From IMG/VR virus record IMGVR_UViG_3300022074_000023: a stretch of 64,000 nt of DNA; one strand, written 5' to 3'. Each line of letters starts with the position of its first letter. Positions within the stretch are counted from its first letter, which is position 1. Origin of the DNA: an uncultured virus (IMG/VR IMGVR_UViG_3300022074_000023). Taxonomy: Duplodnaviria > Heunggongvirae > Uroviricota > Caudoviricetes. Shown here piece after piece: positions 19,358-28,977 of this stretch. Both the position numbers and the translations under genes were made by a program. The notes beneath the pieces are model-generated. The model made no database searches and was not told where the DNA came from. It saw only the letters and a program-made list of their open reading frames with translations.

Positions 19358-21432
19358 TAGTTGAGCACCGTTCTATTGAAACGGCACAGTTCAATGTCCA
19401 TACACGGGTTCTGACCTTGCCTCAGTGGGAAAGGGCAAGCAATGATGTCTATGATATGCTTGTTGGTCATGAAGTTGGACATGCACTGTTCACTCCTGAT
19501 GAAGATCCTCCGGCAAATATTCCCCATTCTTTTGTTAATATTGTTGAAGATGCAAGAATTGAAAAGTTGATGAAGCGTAAGTATCTTGGTCTTGGTAAAA
19601 CATTTTTCAAAGGATACAAGGAACTGTCCGAACAAGATTTTTTCTGCCTAGAGAATGAAGATGTCTCAAAGATGAATCTTGCCGATCGTGCAAATCTGTT
19701 CTTCAAGATTGGTGGTCATACTAATATTCCTATTCAAGATAGTGAAAAAGAAATCATTGATATGATTTCTGATTGTGAGACTTTTGCAGATGTTTTGCTT
19801 GCTGCGGAAGCTTTGTACAAGTTCTGTAAGGAAGATAAGAAACAAGAAAAGATTTCTAATATTGAAACACCACAACAAGAACAGGGTGGTGGAACTGAAA
19901 TCACACAGAAACCTCAACCACAGATTGAAACGCCAACTTCTGAGGGTAGTTCTGATGGAGAACAGTTTGAACAACCCCAAAGTAAAAGTGAAGAGAAAAT
20001 TGAAGGACCTGGTGATAGTCAAATTGAAGAGGATTATGAACCAGAAACTAAGACTGTAGATAAACTTGAGGAGCGTTTACGTGATCTTGTTCGAGATGTT
20101 GGTGTTGATAACATTTATGTTGAAGTTCCTAAAGTAAATCTTGATACTGTAATTGCAAAAAATGAAGATGTACATGCTGCAATAGATAACACTTTTAATC
20201 TTTGTGCCTCTACTAGTGCATCTGGGTATGATATCTATAGTGATGTAGACTCTGAGTATACAAAGTTCAAACGTTCTGCACAAAAGGAAGTTAGCTACCT
20301 TGTAAAAGAATTTGAATGTCGCAAAGCAGCAGATTCTTATGCCCGTGCTACTACATCACGTACTGGAGTTCTGGATTGTTCTAAACTTCACACCTACAAA
20401 TACAATGAGGATTTGTTCAGGAAAGTGACAACACTTGCTAATGGAAAGAATCATGGTCTTGTATTTGTGCTTGATTGGTCTGGATCAATGTCTCACGTCT
20501 TGAAGGATACTTGTAAGCAACTTTTCAACTTGATATGGTTCTGTAGAAAAGTTTCTATTCCTTTTGATGTTTATGCATTCACTAATGACTGGAATCGCCC
20601 AGTATATGATCACAGTAAGAAGGAATACATTCCGGCAAATCTTGTACATCACTATGAAAGAAAAGAGGGTCTTCTTTGCGTTCCTGAAAATTTCACAATG
20701 ATGAATATCTTGACCAGTAAGGTTTCATCTAAAGAAATGGAAAGGCAAATGAACAATATCTGGCGTGTTGCTAATTACTATTCATCTTCTTGGGGATGCC
20801 GATATACTATTCCAGAGCAACTTGCACTTTCTGGAACACCCCTGAATGAAGCAATGGTTGCTCTTCATCAGATTCTTCCTAAGTTTCAGAAAGAGAATGA
20901 TGTTCAAAAAGTTCAATGCATTGTTCTGACTGATGGTGAAGCAAATACACTTGCTCGTCATGTTGAAATCAATCTGATAAATGACCGATATATCGGCACC
21001 CGTCGTTTGTCTGCTGATAACACATTTGTTCGTGATCGTAAACTTGGCACTACATATCGTGTTGGATATCGTTGGAATGCATTTACAGATCTGATGCTTA
21101 AGAATCTTAAGGATAATTTCCCTTCAGTAAACTTTATTGGTATCCGTGTTCTTGAAGGTCGTGATGTTAAAGGATTTATTAGAATGCATTGTAATTCTGA
21201 AACACAGACCAAAATTTTACAGGATTGGGTCAAACTGAGAAGTTTTTGTATTAAAGATTCTGGATATGATGCATACTTTGGAGTGTCTGCATCATCTCTT
21301 TCTCAAGAATCTGAATTTGATGTGGATGATGGTGCAACAAAAGCAAAGATTAGATCTGCTTTTGTTAAAAGTTTGAAGACTAAAAAACTAAATAAGAAAG
21401 TCCTTGGAGAATTTATTTCGCTGGTGGTATGA
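19297..21432 (+). CDS. HExxH metallopeptidase-like + VWA domain protein (CobT-like partner of CobS)
   Basis: GHEVGH, NIVEDARIE, MIDAS DWSGS, GTP, LTDGE. Confidence 0.85.
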   Translation: MSVQHEIKSQLAKLLATEDLIVEHRSIETAQFNVHTRVLTLPQWERASNDVYDMLVGHEVGHALFTPDEDPPANIPHSFVNIVEDARIEKLMKRKYLGLGKTFFKGYKELSEQDFFCLENEDVSKMNLADRANLFFKIGGHTNIPIQDSEKEIIDMISDCETFADVLLAAEALYKFCKEDKKQEKISNIETPQQEQGGGTEITQKPQPQIETPTSEGSSDGEQFEQPQSKSEEKIEGPGDSQIEEDYEPETKTVDKLEERLRDLVRDVGVDNIYVEVPKVNLDTVIAKNEDVHAAIDNTFNLCASTSASGYDIYSDVDSEYTKFKRSAQKEVSYLVKEFECRKAADSYARATTSRTGVLDCSKLHTYKYNEDLFRKVTTLANGKNHGLVFVLDWSGSMSHVLKDTCKQLFNLIWFCRKVSIPFDVYAFTNDWNRPVYDHSKKEYIPANLVHHYERKEGLLCVPENFTMMNILTSKVSSKEMERQMNNIWRVANYYSSSWGCRYTIPEQLALSGTPLNEAMVALHQILPKFQKENDVQKVQCIVLTDGEANTLARHVEINLINDRYIGTRRLSADNTFVRDRKLGTTYRVGYRWNAFTDLMLKNLKDNFPSVNFIGIRVLEGRDVKGFIRMHCNSETQTKILQDWVKLRSFCIKDSGYDAYFGVSASSLSQESEFDVDDGATKAKIRSAFVKSLKTKKLNKKVLGEFISLVV

Positions 21433-21608
21433 GTAGAAAGCATAAACTTCCTTTCAAGCACATTGTTATTGAGGACACTAAAGAAGTTCTCATAGTTGTG
21501 AGAAGTGCTATCACAGCCATGGGCGTAGAGTCCATGGTCAACAAGTATTATCCTGGTTATACCGCTAAGATTATTTCTGAGCGATACTACCAGGAGCAGA
21601 CAATCTAA
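21429..21608 (+). CDS. Small hypothetical protein (59 aa)
   Basis: ATGA overlap; MSRKHKLPFKHIVIEDTKEV... Confidence 0.5.
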   Translation: MSRKHKLPFKHIVIEDTKEVLIVVRSAITAMGVESMVNKYYPGYTAKIISERYYQEQTI

Positions 21609-21676
21609 AAGGTGTCTACGGGGGGGTTTGAAACCCTCCTTTTTCGTCTACAATGACTTCAGTTCAAATAAAGCAA

Positions 21677-22765
21677 ATGGGTCTGTCCAAAGAAAGCATC
21701 ATCGAATGTCTCCGCGATTCCTACGGCGAGTCTGTGACCTCCGCTGAAATCAAGGCATTTTGTCAGATGAATGATTTCAACTATCAGACTGTTACAAATA
21801 AACTGACTGACTATAAAGTTGGTCGTGGTAAGTGGAATCTGGAGGTAACACCTGATACTGTCGAAGAACTAGAAATTACCTATAATGGTCCTGCTGCTAT
21901 GCCAGCGATCGAACAAAACCTCATTCCTCGCAAAGATGATTCCTTCGTCAAGTTTGGTAACTTCACTGATATTAAAAAAATTATTGAGTCCCGTGTATTT
22001 TATCCATCGTTCATTACTGGTCTATCTGGAAACGGTAAAACATTCTCAGTTGAGCAAGCGTGTGCGATTCTGGGTCGGGAACTTATTCGTGTAAACATTA
22101 CGATTGAAACAGATGAAGATGATCTCATTGGTGGATTCCGTCTTGTCAATGGCGAAACCATTTGGCACAATGGTCCGGTCGTCGAAGCCCTGGAGCGCGG
22201 TGCGATTCTACTGCTTGACGAGATTGACCTGGCTTCCAACAAGATTCTTTGCCTTCAATCGATCTTGGAAGGCAAAGGAGTCTTCTTGAAGAAGATTGGC
22301 AAGATGGTTCATCCTACAAAAGGATTTAATGTCATCGCTACTGCAAACACCAAGGGTAAGGGTTCTGATGATGGTCGTTTCATTGGCACCAATGTCCTTA
22401 ATGAAGCGTTTCTAGAGCGTTTCCCTGTGACCTTTGAGCAGGAGTATCCCACTGCTGCCATTGAAACTAAGATCCTCAACAAACTGTGTGATGATTCAAA
22501 CTTCTGCAAGCGACTTGCTGACTGGGCAGACATTATCCGTAAGACCTTTTATGATGGTGGAATCGAGGAGATCATCAGTACCCGCCGCCTGGTTCACATT
22601 GTCCAGGCATACAACATCTTTGGTGATAAAGCAAAGGCAATTCAAGTTTGTGTGAATCGTTTCGATGATGAAACTAAGCAGGCATTCCTGGAACTGTATG
22701 ATAAGGTTGATGCTGACTTCGAGATGCCTGTAGAAAACAATGTTGCCAATCTTACCCAGGAATGA
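21677..22765 (+). CDS. cobS: CobS/MoxR-family AAA+ ATPase
   Basis: GLSGNGKT, LLLDEID, ATANTKG, NEAFLERF; start may be 21653. Confidence 0.88.
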   Translation: MGLSKESIIECLRDSYGESVTSAEIKAFCQMNDFNYQTVTNKLTDYKVGRGKWNLEVTPDTVEELEITYNGPAAMPAIEQNLIPRKDDSFVKFGNFTDIKKIIESRVFYPSFITGLSGNGKTFSVEQACAILGRELIRVNITIETDEDDLIGGFRLVNGETIWHNGPVVEALERGAILLLDEIDLASNKILCLQSILEGKGVFLKKIGKMVHPTKGFNVIATANTKGKGSDDGRFIGTNVLNEAFLERFPVTFEQEYPTAAIETKILNKLCDDSNFCKRLADWADIIRKTFYDGGIEEIISTRRLVHIVQAYNIFGDKAKAIQVCVNRFDDETKQAFLELYDKVDADFEMPVENNVANLTQE

Positions 22766-22771
22766 TATAAT
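22743..22771 (+). promoter_or_regulatory. Sigma70-type promoter TTGCCA-N17-TATAAT
   Basis: 17-nt spacing at end of cobS. Confidence 0.55.
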
Positions 22772-23237
22772 GACTAATGCTTGGAGTTTTCTTTATGATG
22801 TTATGAATGAAGATAAAATTGATCTTACAGATGGATACTACACAGATTACATGGACTCCTTTAACTATGGAAACACCGTATCCAACGGCGACAAAATCGA
22901 ATTTGACATTATTCCAGAAATGGACTTGATTACAGAATCAAAAGGAACACCTTGGAAGTATAACGAAGAGGAGATTGTAAAAGAACTTCTTGAGTATATT
23001 CGGGGAACTTACAAACAGCACTATGCTGCTAACGATGAAAATATTCAAACTCTTGATTTTATCGAAGCAGCACACAAAGATGGTGAAGCATTCTGTCGAG
23101 ACAACATTCTTAAGTACACTTCTAGGTATGATAAGAAAGGAACTGCAGATCGTGACATTATGAAGATTCAGCATTATGCCGTTCTTCTGAAGTTCTTCCG
23201 TAATAAGAACAACAACCGTGAAACTTACCCTCAGTGA
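22770..23237 (+). CDS. Conserved hypothetical protein (DUF3310-like C-terminus)
   Basis: HY...QTLDFI...FCRDNILKYTSRYDKKG...DIMKIQHY; start uncertain. Confidence 0.6.
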   Translation: MTNAWSFLYDVMNEDKIDLTDGYYTDYMDSFNYGNTVSNGDKIEFDIIPEMDLITESKGTPWKYNEEEIVKELLEYIRGTYKQHYAANDENIQTLDFIEAAHKDGEAFCRDNILKYTSRYDKKGTADRDIMKIQHYAVLLKFFRNKNNNRETYPQ

Positions 23238-23920
23238 TGAAACTACGCAATAACATGAAACTTTCTGACAAAACTCTTTCTGTACTGAAGAACTTTTCTT
23301 CAATCAATCAATCTATCCTTTTCAAAGAAGGAAACAAACTTCGCACTATCAGTGTGATGAAAAACATTCTTGCTGAAGCAACTGTAACCGAAGAGTTTTC
23401 CAAGGACTTTGGTATCTACGATCTTAATCAGTTCTTGAATGGTCTTAGTCTTCACACAAGTCCTGAACTTGATTTTGCCAATACTGGATATGTTCTTATC
23501 CGTGAAGGTAAGATGCGTTCAAAGTATTTCTTTGCTGATCCAAATGTTATTGTTACGCCACCTGATAAGGCAATTAATCTTCCAAGTGAAGATGTAACAT
23601 TTGAACTTAGCACAGAACAACTTGATAAACTGCTGAAAGCAGCTGCTGTGTATCAACTTCCTGATATCTCTGCTGTTGGCGAAGCAGGTGTAGTTAAACT
23701 AGTTGTTCGGGATAAAAAGAACGATACATCTAATGATTTTGCAATTGTCGTTGGTGAAACCGATTCTGTATTTTCTTTCAACTTCAAGGTAGAAAATATC
23801 AAGGTTCTTCCTGGTACTTATGAAGTTGTTGTCTCCCAAAAACTTCTATCTCGCTTTACAAGTAAGAATCATGATCTTACTTATTATATTGCACTTGAAC
23901 CTGATTCTACGTTTGGATAA
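23234..23920 (+). CDS. gp45: Sliding clamp
   Basis: MKLSDKTLSVLKNFSSINQSI, FGIYDLNQFL, YYIALE; likely start 23255. Confidence 0.95.
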   Translation: MMKLRNNMKLSDKTLSVLKNFSSINQSILFKEGNKLRTISVMKNILAEATVTEEFSKDFGIYDLNQFLNGLSLHTSPELDFANTGYVLIREGKMRSKYFFADPNVIVTPPDKAINLPSEDVTFELSTEQLDKLLKAAAVYQLPDISAVGEAGVVKLVVRDKKNDTSNDFAIVVGETDSVFSFNFKVENIKVLPGTYEVVVSQKLLSRFTSKNHDLTYYIALEPDSTFG

Positions 23921-24243
23921 TGGAACCGGATCCATATATTCAATTTCTTGAGAATTGGATCCCAGGAATAGGAGAAGACACTAAACTCCATGATCAATTA
24001 CATATTCATTTTGATCTTGGATTTAGTGTTAATGATGAAGCAAGATTATTGGGTTTCCAATTAGGTCATCACCCTGCAGGTTCCTTTTTTCATGTAGTCA
24101 TTTTTTCTATTATGAGTCTTACGATATATCCTAAACATTATCGTAATGCTTGGAAAGATGTGCGGGATTTTTATTCAGCATATCTCCTTGGAAAATATTG
24201 GCAATCTGTGTCATACTGGTTTATACCTAAATCTATCCTATGA
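23920..24243 (+). CDS. Hypothetical protein
   Basis: 107 aa, TAATG-coupled to gp45. Confidence 0.55.
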   Translation: MEPDPYIQFLENWIPGIGEDTKLHDQLHIHFDLGFSVNDEARLLGFQLGHHPAGSFFHVVIFSIMSLTIYPKHYRNAWKDVRDFYSAYLLGKYWQSVSYWFIPKSIL

Positions 24244-25046
24244 AAAAACCTAGTAAGATATTATATAATAATCCTATAAAGAGTATACCTAGATCTAAAC
24301 TTCATAGGATTACTGAAATTAACCCAGACGCTAAAGTTGAGTTTAAAACTATCCAGGGATTAAAACTTATAAAAATTTATAATTTTTTAAAAAGACCATT
24401 GGAATTAAGAGAATTTTGTATGCAATTTTGCTCAAAGGATTCTCATGAAACATTGATGGATGATATTAAAGAGGGAAGAAGAAGTTTTTCTCCTGGAATT
24501 CAGCAAATAATTAATCCACTATTTTTTAATGAGAGTATATCACAATATTTGCATGATAAACTGGAAGAATATAATTTGTATAATGGAATAACAAGATCTG
24601 AATTTTATACTAATATGTTTTATCCTGGAATGGGTTCAACTGAAGCAAGTAAAATACCACATCTAGATGCTTTTTTGTTTGCCGGAAATATCTACCTTTC
24701 TGAAATTAACGACAGTGTATCTGGAACTAATTTTTATAAATGTATTTTTAAAGATCCATTTGGTGAAGAAGAAGTTTTTTATGATGCTTATGATCTAATG
24801 GCATCTGAATATTTTGAAAATTATCAAGCAATCTTAAAAAAATATAATGAAAATATTGAAACGGCGGATGATTTTGTATTTTTAGATAACGATATCTATA
24901 AAAAGTATCACTTTGAACCAGCTGAATTTAATTCAGTATCTCTTTATTCTGGCAACTATTGGCATAGTGTTGTTTATGATGCTAAACTTAGTAAGCAGTA
25001 CCGATATTCCTTGGTTAATTCTTTTCTTCCTGGTGATACACTATGA
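24240..25046 (+). CDS. 2OG-Fe(II) oxygenase-like protein (DUF6445-like)
   Basis: PHLD, NIYLS, GTNFYK, FNSVSLYSGNYWHS, RYSLV. Confidence 0.65.
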   Translation: MKKPSKILYNNPIKSIPRSKLHRITEINPDAKVEFKTIQGLKLIKIYNFLKRPLELREFCMQFCSKDSHETLMDDIKEGRRSFSPGIQQIINPLFFNESISQYLHDKLEEYNLYNGITRSEFYTNMFYPGMGSTEASKIPHLDAFLFAGNIYLSEINDSVSGTNFYKCIFKDPFGEEEVFYDAYDLMASEYFENYQAILKKYNENIETADDFVFLDNDIYKKYHFEPAEFNSVSLYSGNYWHSVVYDAKLSKQYRYSLVNSFLPGDTL

Positions 25047-25570
25047 ACATCTTTGTTACTGATCCTGATCCTTTGAAGTCCGCTAGGGTTTTGCCCGATA
25101 AGCATATCGTCAAGATGCCACTAGAGACTTGTCAGATGCTTGCTATTGTATGCTCCGACAAATGGGGTCATGGATTTGGCACCATTCCCAAGGCAGATGG
25201 TACTCCTTATGCTACTGAAAAAGGTGCTTTTCGCAATCATCCATGTACCATATGGGCAAACTCTTTTGTGAACAACTGGAGATGGTTGCTTGCTCATGGA
25301 CTTTCTTTGTGCGATGAATACTCACTGAGGTATGGTAAACCACATACCTGCTTCAATACGTTGATGGCAGCAAATGAAATTCTGCCATGTGCTGATCCGC
25401 AAGGTCGCAGTGGTAAAGGACCAACTCCTTTTGTATTTGCTGGACCTGATGAGTTTAAGTATGATGACACTATTGGCATCTACACAAAGTACAAGATGTA
25501 TATTGCATCTAAACCTTGGGTGTGCGATAATTATCTTCGTATCCCTGATAGAAAACCTGATTGGGTATAA
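25043..25570 (+). CDS. Pyrimidine-dimer DNA glycosylase family protein (DenV-like)
   Basis: MNIF...DKHIVKMPLETCQML, HPCTIW, EYSLRYGKPH. Confidence 0.75.
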   Translation: MNIFVTDPDPLKSARVLPDKHIVKMPLETCQMLAIVCSDKWGHGFGTIPKADGTPYATEKGAFRNHPCTIWANSFVNNWRWLLAHGLSLCDEYSLRYGKPHTCFNTLMAANEILPCADPQGRSGKGPTPFVFAGPDEFKYDDTIGIYTKYKMYIASKPWVCDNYLRIPDRKPDWV

Positions 25571-25572
25571 TT

Positions 25573-26520
25573 ATGAGTCGTGATGAATTTCTTTGGGTTG
25601 AAAAGTATCGACCCAAAACAATTGAAGAATGTATTTTACCAACAAATATTAAGAAGACTTTCCAAGACTTCCTAGATAAAGGTGAAGTGCCTAATCTACT
25701 TCTTGCAGGTCCTGCTGGATGTGGAAAGACCACTGTAGCAAAAGCATTATGCAATCAACTGGGGGTAGATGTTTATGTCATTAACGGATCCGATGAGGGA
25801 CGCTTCCTTGATACGGTCAGAAATACTGCAAAAAATTTCGCTTCGACCGTATCACTTCAAGCAACTGGTAGACACAAAGTCATCATCATCGATGAGGCTG
25901 ATAACACAACAAACGACGTACAACTCCTACTTAGGGCGTTTACAGAGGAGTTTCATGGCAACTGCAGATTTATCTTCACCTGCAACTTCAAAAACAAAAT
26001 CATTGAACCACTCCACAGCAGATGCGCCTGTGTTGATTTTTCAACCAATTCCAAAAGCAAACCCCAACTCGCAGCAGACTTCTTCAAGCGCATCCAAGAG
26101 ATCTTGGCTGCGGAAAGTGTTGAATATGATCAGAAGGTCCTCGTAGAACTGATTAACAAGCACTTCCCAGATTGGCGACGTGTTCTTAATGAACTACAAA
26201 GATATTCTGTTAGTGGTAAAATTGATACAGGCATTCTTGCAACCTTTAGTGATGTACAAGTAAATGACTTGGTTAAAAGACTTAAAGAAAAAGATTTTCC
26301 CGAAGTACGTAAATGGGTTGTCAATAACCTGGATAACGATACTTCTGTTTTATTGCGTCGTATTTACGATGCTTGTTATGATTCCATGGTTCCGAATAGT
26401 ATTCCTGCTGCTGTGCTTTGTCTTGCTCGGTATCAGTATCAGATGGCGTTCGTGGCGGATCAAGAAATAAACATGCTTGCTTGTCTTACTGAACTTATGG
26501 TGGAGTGTGAATTCAAATGA
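25573..26520 (+). CDS. gp44: Clamp loader large subunit
   Basis: LWVEKYRP, GPAGCGKTT, IIDEAD, PLHSRC. Confidence 0.96.
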   Translation: MSRDEFLWVEKYRPKTIEECILPTNIKKTFQDFLDKGEVPNLLLAGPAGCGKTTVAKALCNQLGVDVYVINGSDEGRFLDTVRNTAKNFASTVSLQATGRHKVIIIDEADNTTNDVQLLLRAFTEEFHGNCRFIFTCNFKNKIIEPLHSRCACVDFSTNSKSKPQLAADFFKRIQEILAAESVEYDQKVLVELINKHFPDWRRVLNELQRYSVSGKIDTGILATFSDVQVNDLVKRLKEKDFPEVRKWVVNNLDNDTSVLLRRIYDACYDSMVPNSIPAAVLCLARYQYQMAFVADQEINMLACLTELMVECEFK

Positions 26521-26651
26521 GAACACAAAATAAAGAAAACTACTATTATTGGTTCTGGATTATAGCAATGGTAGCATTTATTGTTCCTCAAGTATTTACT
26601 GCTTGGGCATACATAAATATTGTGAATATTATGAAAACATGGTCACTTTGA
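26517..26651 (+). CDS. Small membrane protein (44 aa)
   Basis: ATGA overlap; hydrophobic YYWFWIIAMVAFIVPQVFTAWAY. Confidence 0.5.
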   Translation: MRTQNKENYYYWFWIIAMVAFIVPQVFTAWAYINIVNIMKTWSL

Positions 26652-26652
26652 A

Positions 26653-26970
26653 ATGATACCCTTCTTTGTCCCCGACCCAGTGATGTTAATGGAATCAAAT
26701 TGGGTCAAAACGATTCAAGTTCCTTCTGAAATTAGGAATCACTGTATCCGACGTGTTGTCCCCTCACTTGGGGATGAGATGGTTGGTGAGAAGTGGAAGT
26801 ATATTGATTGTGCCTGGAAGAATATGGGTTTCTACGGTGGTAATTCTAATGTTCTTAGAGAACTTAGGAGAATGAGTGATAGATCATATCTTGAGGGGCA
26901 GGAAGAAAGAGATGAATTAAATAAAGTGAATTACAAATTTGATGAAATTTTAGAGAAGTATTATGATTGA
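26653..26970 (+). CDS. Hypothetical protein
   Basis: 105-aa ORF in operon. Confidence 0.55.
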   Translation: MIPFFVPDPVMLMESNWVKTIQVPSEIRNHCIRRVVPSLGDEMVGEKWKYIDCAWKNMGFYGGNSNVLRELRRMSDRSYLEGQEERDELNKVNYKFDEILEKYYD

Positions 26971-27256
26971 TGTAAGAGTTTTTCGCGTTGTGACAGGTGA
27001 AGAAGTTGTTGCTGAACTTGTGTCAGAAACTTCAGATACAATAACTGTAAAAAATGCACTAGTGGTTCTTCCGAGTTCTCAGAATGTTGGATTTGCCCAG
27101 TGGGCAGCTGTTATTGATCGGGATAATCCCGAAATTACTTTGAGTCGTAATCACGTTGTTTATGTGGTTCAACTTGATTCAAGTATCAAGAAGAAGTATA
27201 ATGAAATTTATGGAAGCAAACTTGTAACTCCTGAAGATAAAAAACTGATTCTTTGA
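26963..27256 (+). CDS. Conserved hypothetical protein (possible Sm-like fold)
   Basis: RVVTGEEVVAEL...KKKYNEIYGS. Confidence 0.65.
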   Translation: MIDVRVFRVVTGEEVVAELVSETSDTITVKNALVVLPSSQNVGFAQWAAVIDRDNPEITLSRNHVVYVVQLDSSIKKKYNEIYGSKLVTPEDKKLIL

Positions 27257-27258
27257 AT

Positions 27259-28107
27259 ATGAAATCTTTGAAAACCCCTCTTCGTTATCCTGGCGGAAAG
27301 TCCCGTGCGTGTAATAAATTGGATGTTTATATTCCAGACCTTCGCGATTACAAAGAATATCGTGAACCATTTCTTGGTGGTGGTAGTGTAGCACTTCATG
27401 TAACTAAAAAGTATCCACATCTTAAAATCTGGGTCAATGATTTGTATAAACCATTGGTTAATTTTTGGAAAACACTTCAAGACGATGGATACAAACTTTA
27501 TAAAAGACTGCAAGAATTAAAGTCTAGATATCCTGATCCAGCATCAGCAAAAGGTTTATTTTTAGAAGCAAAAGAAATAATTAACGACAATGCTCAACCC
27601 GATTTATATCGTGCTACTGCTTTTTACGTTGTCAACAAGTGCTCTTTTTCTGGTCTCACTGAATCATCCTCCTTCTCAAAGCAGGCTTCAATCTCTAATT
27701 TCTCAATGCGAGGAATTGAAAAACTACAGGGATACACACAATTAATCAAAGATTGGGAAATTACAAATGGTCGCTACCAAAAACTCCTTACTGATGACAA
27801 AGAGTGCTTTACCTACCTTGACCCGCCCTACGATATACGAGATAACCTATATGGACGGAAAGGGAGTATGCATAACGGATTCGACCATGATGGTTTTGCT
27901 ACCATTTGTGATCGGTTTATTGGTCCTCAACTTATTTCTTACAATTCGTCTCAACTTGTTAAAGAACGATTCAAAGACTACGAAGTAGGTGAATTTGACT
28001 TGACGTATACAATGCGTTCAGTTGGTGAATATATGCGAGAGCAGAAAGAAAGAAAAGAATTGGTGTTATTTAATTATGGAACTGAAGGATTGGCTGAATT
28101 CAATTAA
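27259..28107 (+). CDS. dam: DNA adenine methyltransferase (Dam family)
   Basis: LRYPGGKS, EPFLGGGSV, YLDPPY. Confidence 0.92.
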   Translation: MKSLKTPLRYPGGKSRACNKLDVYIPDLRDYKEYREPFLGGGSVALHVTKKYPHLKIWVNDLYKPLVNFWKTLQDDGYKLYKRLQELKSRYPDPASAKGLFLEAKEIINDNAQPDLYRATAFYVVNKCSFSGLTESSSFSKQASISNFSMRGIEKLQGYTQLIKDWEITNGRYQKLLTDDKECFTYLDPPYDIRDNLYGRKGSMHNGFDHDGFATICDRFIGPQLISYNSSQLVKERFKDYEVGEFDLTYTMRSVGEYMREQKERKELVLFNYGTEGLAEFN

Positions 28108-28444
28108 TTTTACAAAAGAAGATCTAAGTGAAAACATTAGCACTTACCCTCCATATATCATTAATCGTTGTTTGTCTGGGCACCTTGATTGTATCATGCT
28201 TGCTAACGAAATGAATAAGTATCATTTCTTAGACAAAGACATGCAATATTCATTTTATCTAAATAGTCTTAGGAAACGGAAGAGATTTTCTCCCTGGCTC
28301 CGCAAGGATAAAGTCACAGACTTAGAATGTGTAAAACAATACTATGGTTATAGTAATGAAAAAGCATCTCAAGCACTGAAAATCCTGACACAAGAACAGA
28401 TTAACTTTATTAAACAAAGACTTGATATTGGAGGCAAACGATGA
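28076..28444 (+). CDS. gp62: Clamp loader small subunit
   Basis: WLNSIN, YPPYIINRCLS, YYGYSNEKA; precedes regA. Confidence 0.9.
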   Translation: MELKDWLNSINFTKEDLSENISTYPPYIINRCLSGHLDCIMLANEMNKYHFLDKDMQYSFYLNSLRKRKRFSPWLRKDKVTDLECVKQYYGYSNEKASQALKILTQEQINFIKQRLDIGGKR

Positions 28445-28878
28445 CTACGACGGTAGAACCTACTGTGCAATGGTCTCAGGATCAAATGGTGGAAGTGCTT
28501 TTGAATGAACCTGATGACTTCCTTAAGGTGCGTGAAACGCTAACACGAATCGGGGTCGCATCCCGAAAAGAAAAGAAACTCTATCAGTCCTGCCATATTC
28601 TGCATAAGCAGGGACGATACTTCATTGTTCACTTCAAAGAATTGTTTGCCCTTGACGGTAAACATGCAAATCTAACAGTGAATGATGTCCAACGTCGCAA
28701 TCGTATTGTAAGACTTCTAGCAGACTGGGGATTGATCTCCATTGTTGATGAAGATTTAGTTCTTGAAATAGCGCCGCTGAACCAGATAAAGGTGCTTGCA
28801 TATAAAGATAAGTCCGACTGGGAACTTGCCACCAAATATAATATTGGACGGAAAGGAAAGACACAAGAAACCGAATAA
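28441..28878 (+). CDS. regA: Translational repressor RegA
   Basis: DDFLKVRETLTRIGVAS, LYQSCHILHKQGRYFIVHFKELF. Confidence 0.96.
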   Translation: MTTTVEPTVQWSQDQMVEVLLNEPDDFLKVRETLTRIGVASRKEKKLYQSCHILHKQGRYFIVHFKELFALDGKHANLTVNDVQRRNRIVRLLADWGLISIVDEDLVLEIAPLNQIKVLAYKDKSDWELATKYNIGRKGKTQETE

Positions 28879-28879
28879 A

Positions 28880-28953
28880 TAATCTTGCGATCTTTCGTGC
28901 GGTCGCTTCAAAAGTCGGAACTTACAAGCACCCCTTGACGGGGTGCTTTTTTT
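28880..28953 (+). ncRNA. Candidate small structured RNA between late-promoter-like AATAAATA and a terminator
   Basis: GCGATC/GGTCGC stem, then AAGTCGGAACTTAC, then terminator; no ORF. Confidence 0.35.
28926..28953 (+). terminator. Intrinsic terminator with TTGAC loop
   Basis: AAGCACCCC-TTGAC-GGGGTGCTT followed by T run. Confidence 0.85.
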
Positions 28954-28977
28954 ATGTTAGTTTTTAAATAAAATTAT

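Noticed and set aside
21621..21654. Promoter TTGAAA...TACAAT in hairpin before cobS
   Set aside because: Spacer only 15 nt; hairpin may be a weak terminator but the promoter is unsupported
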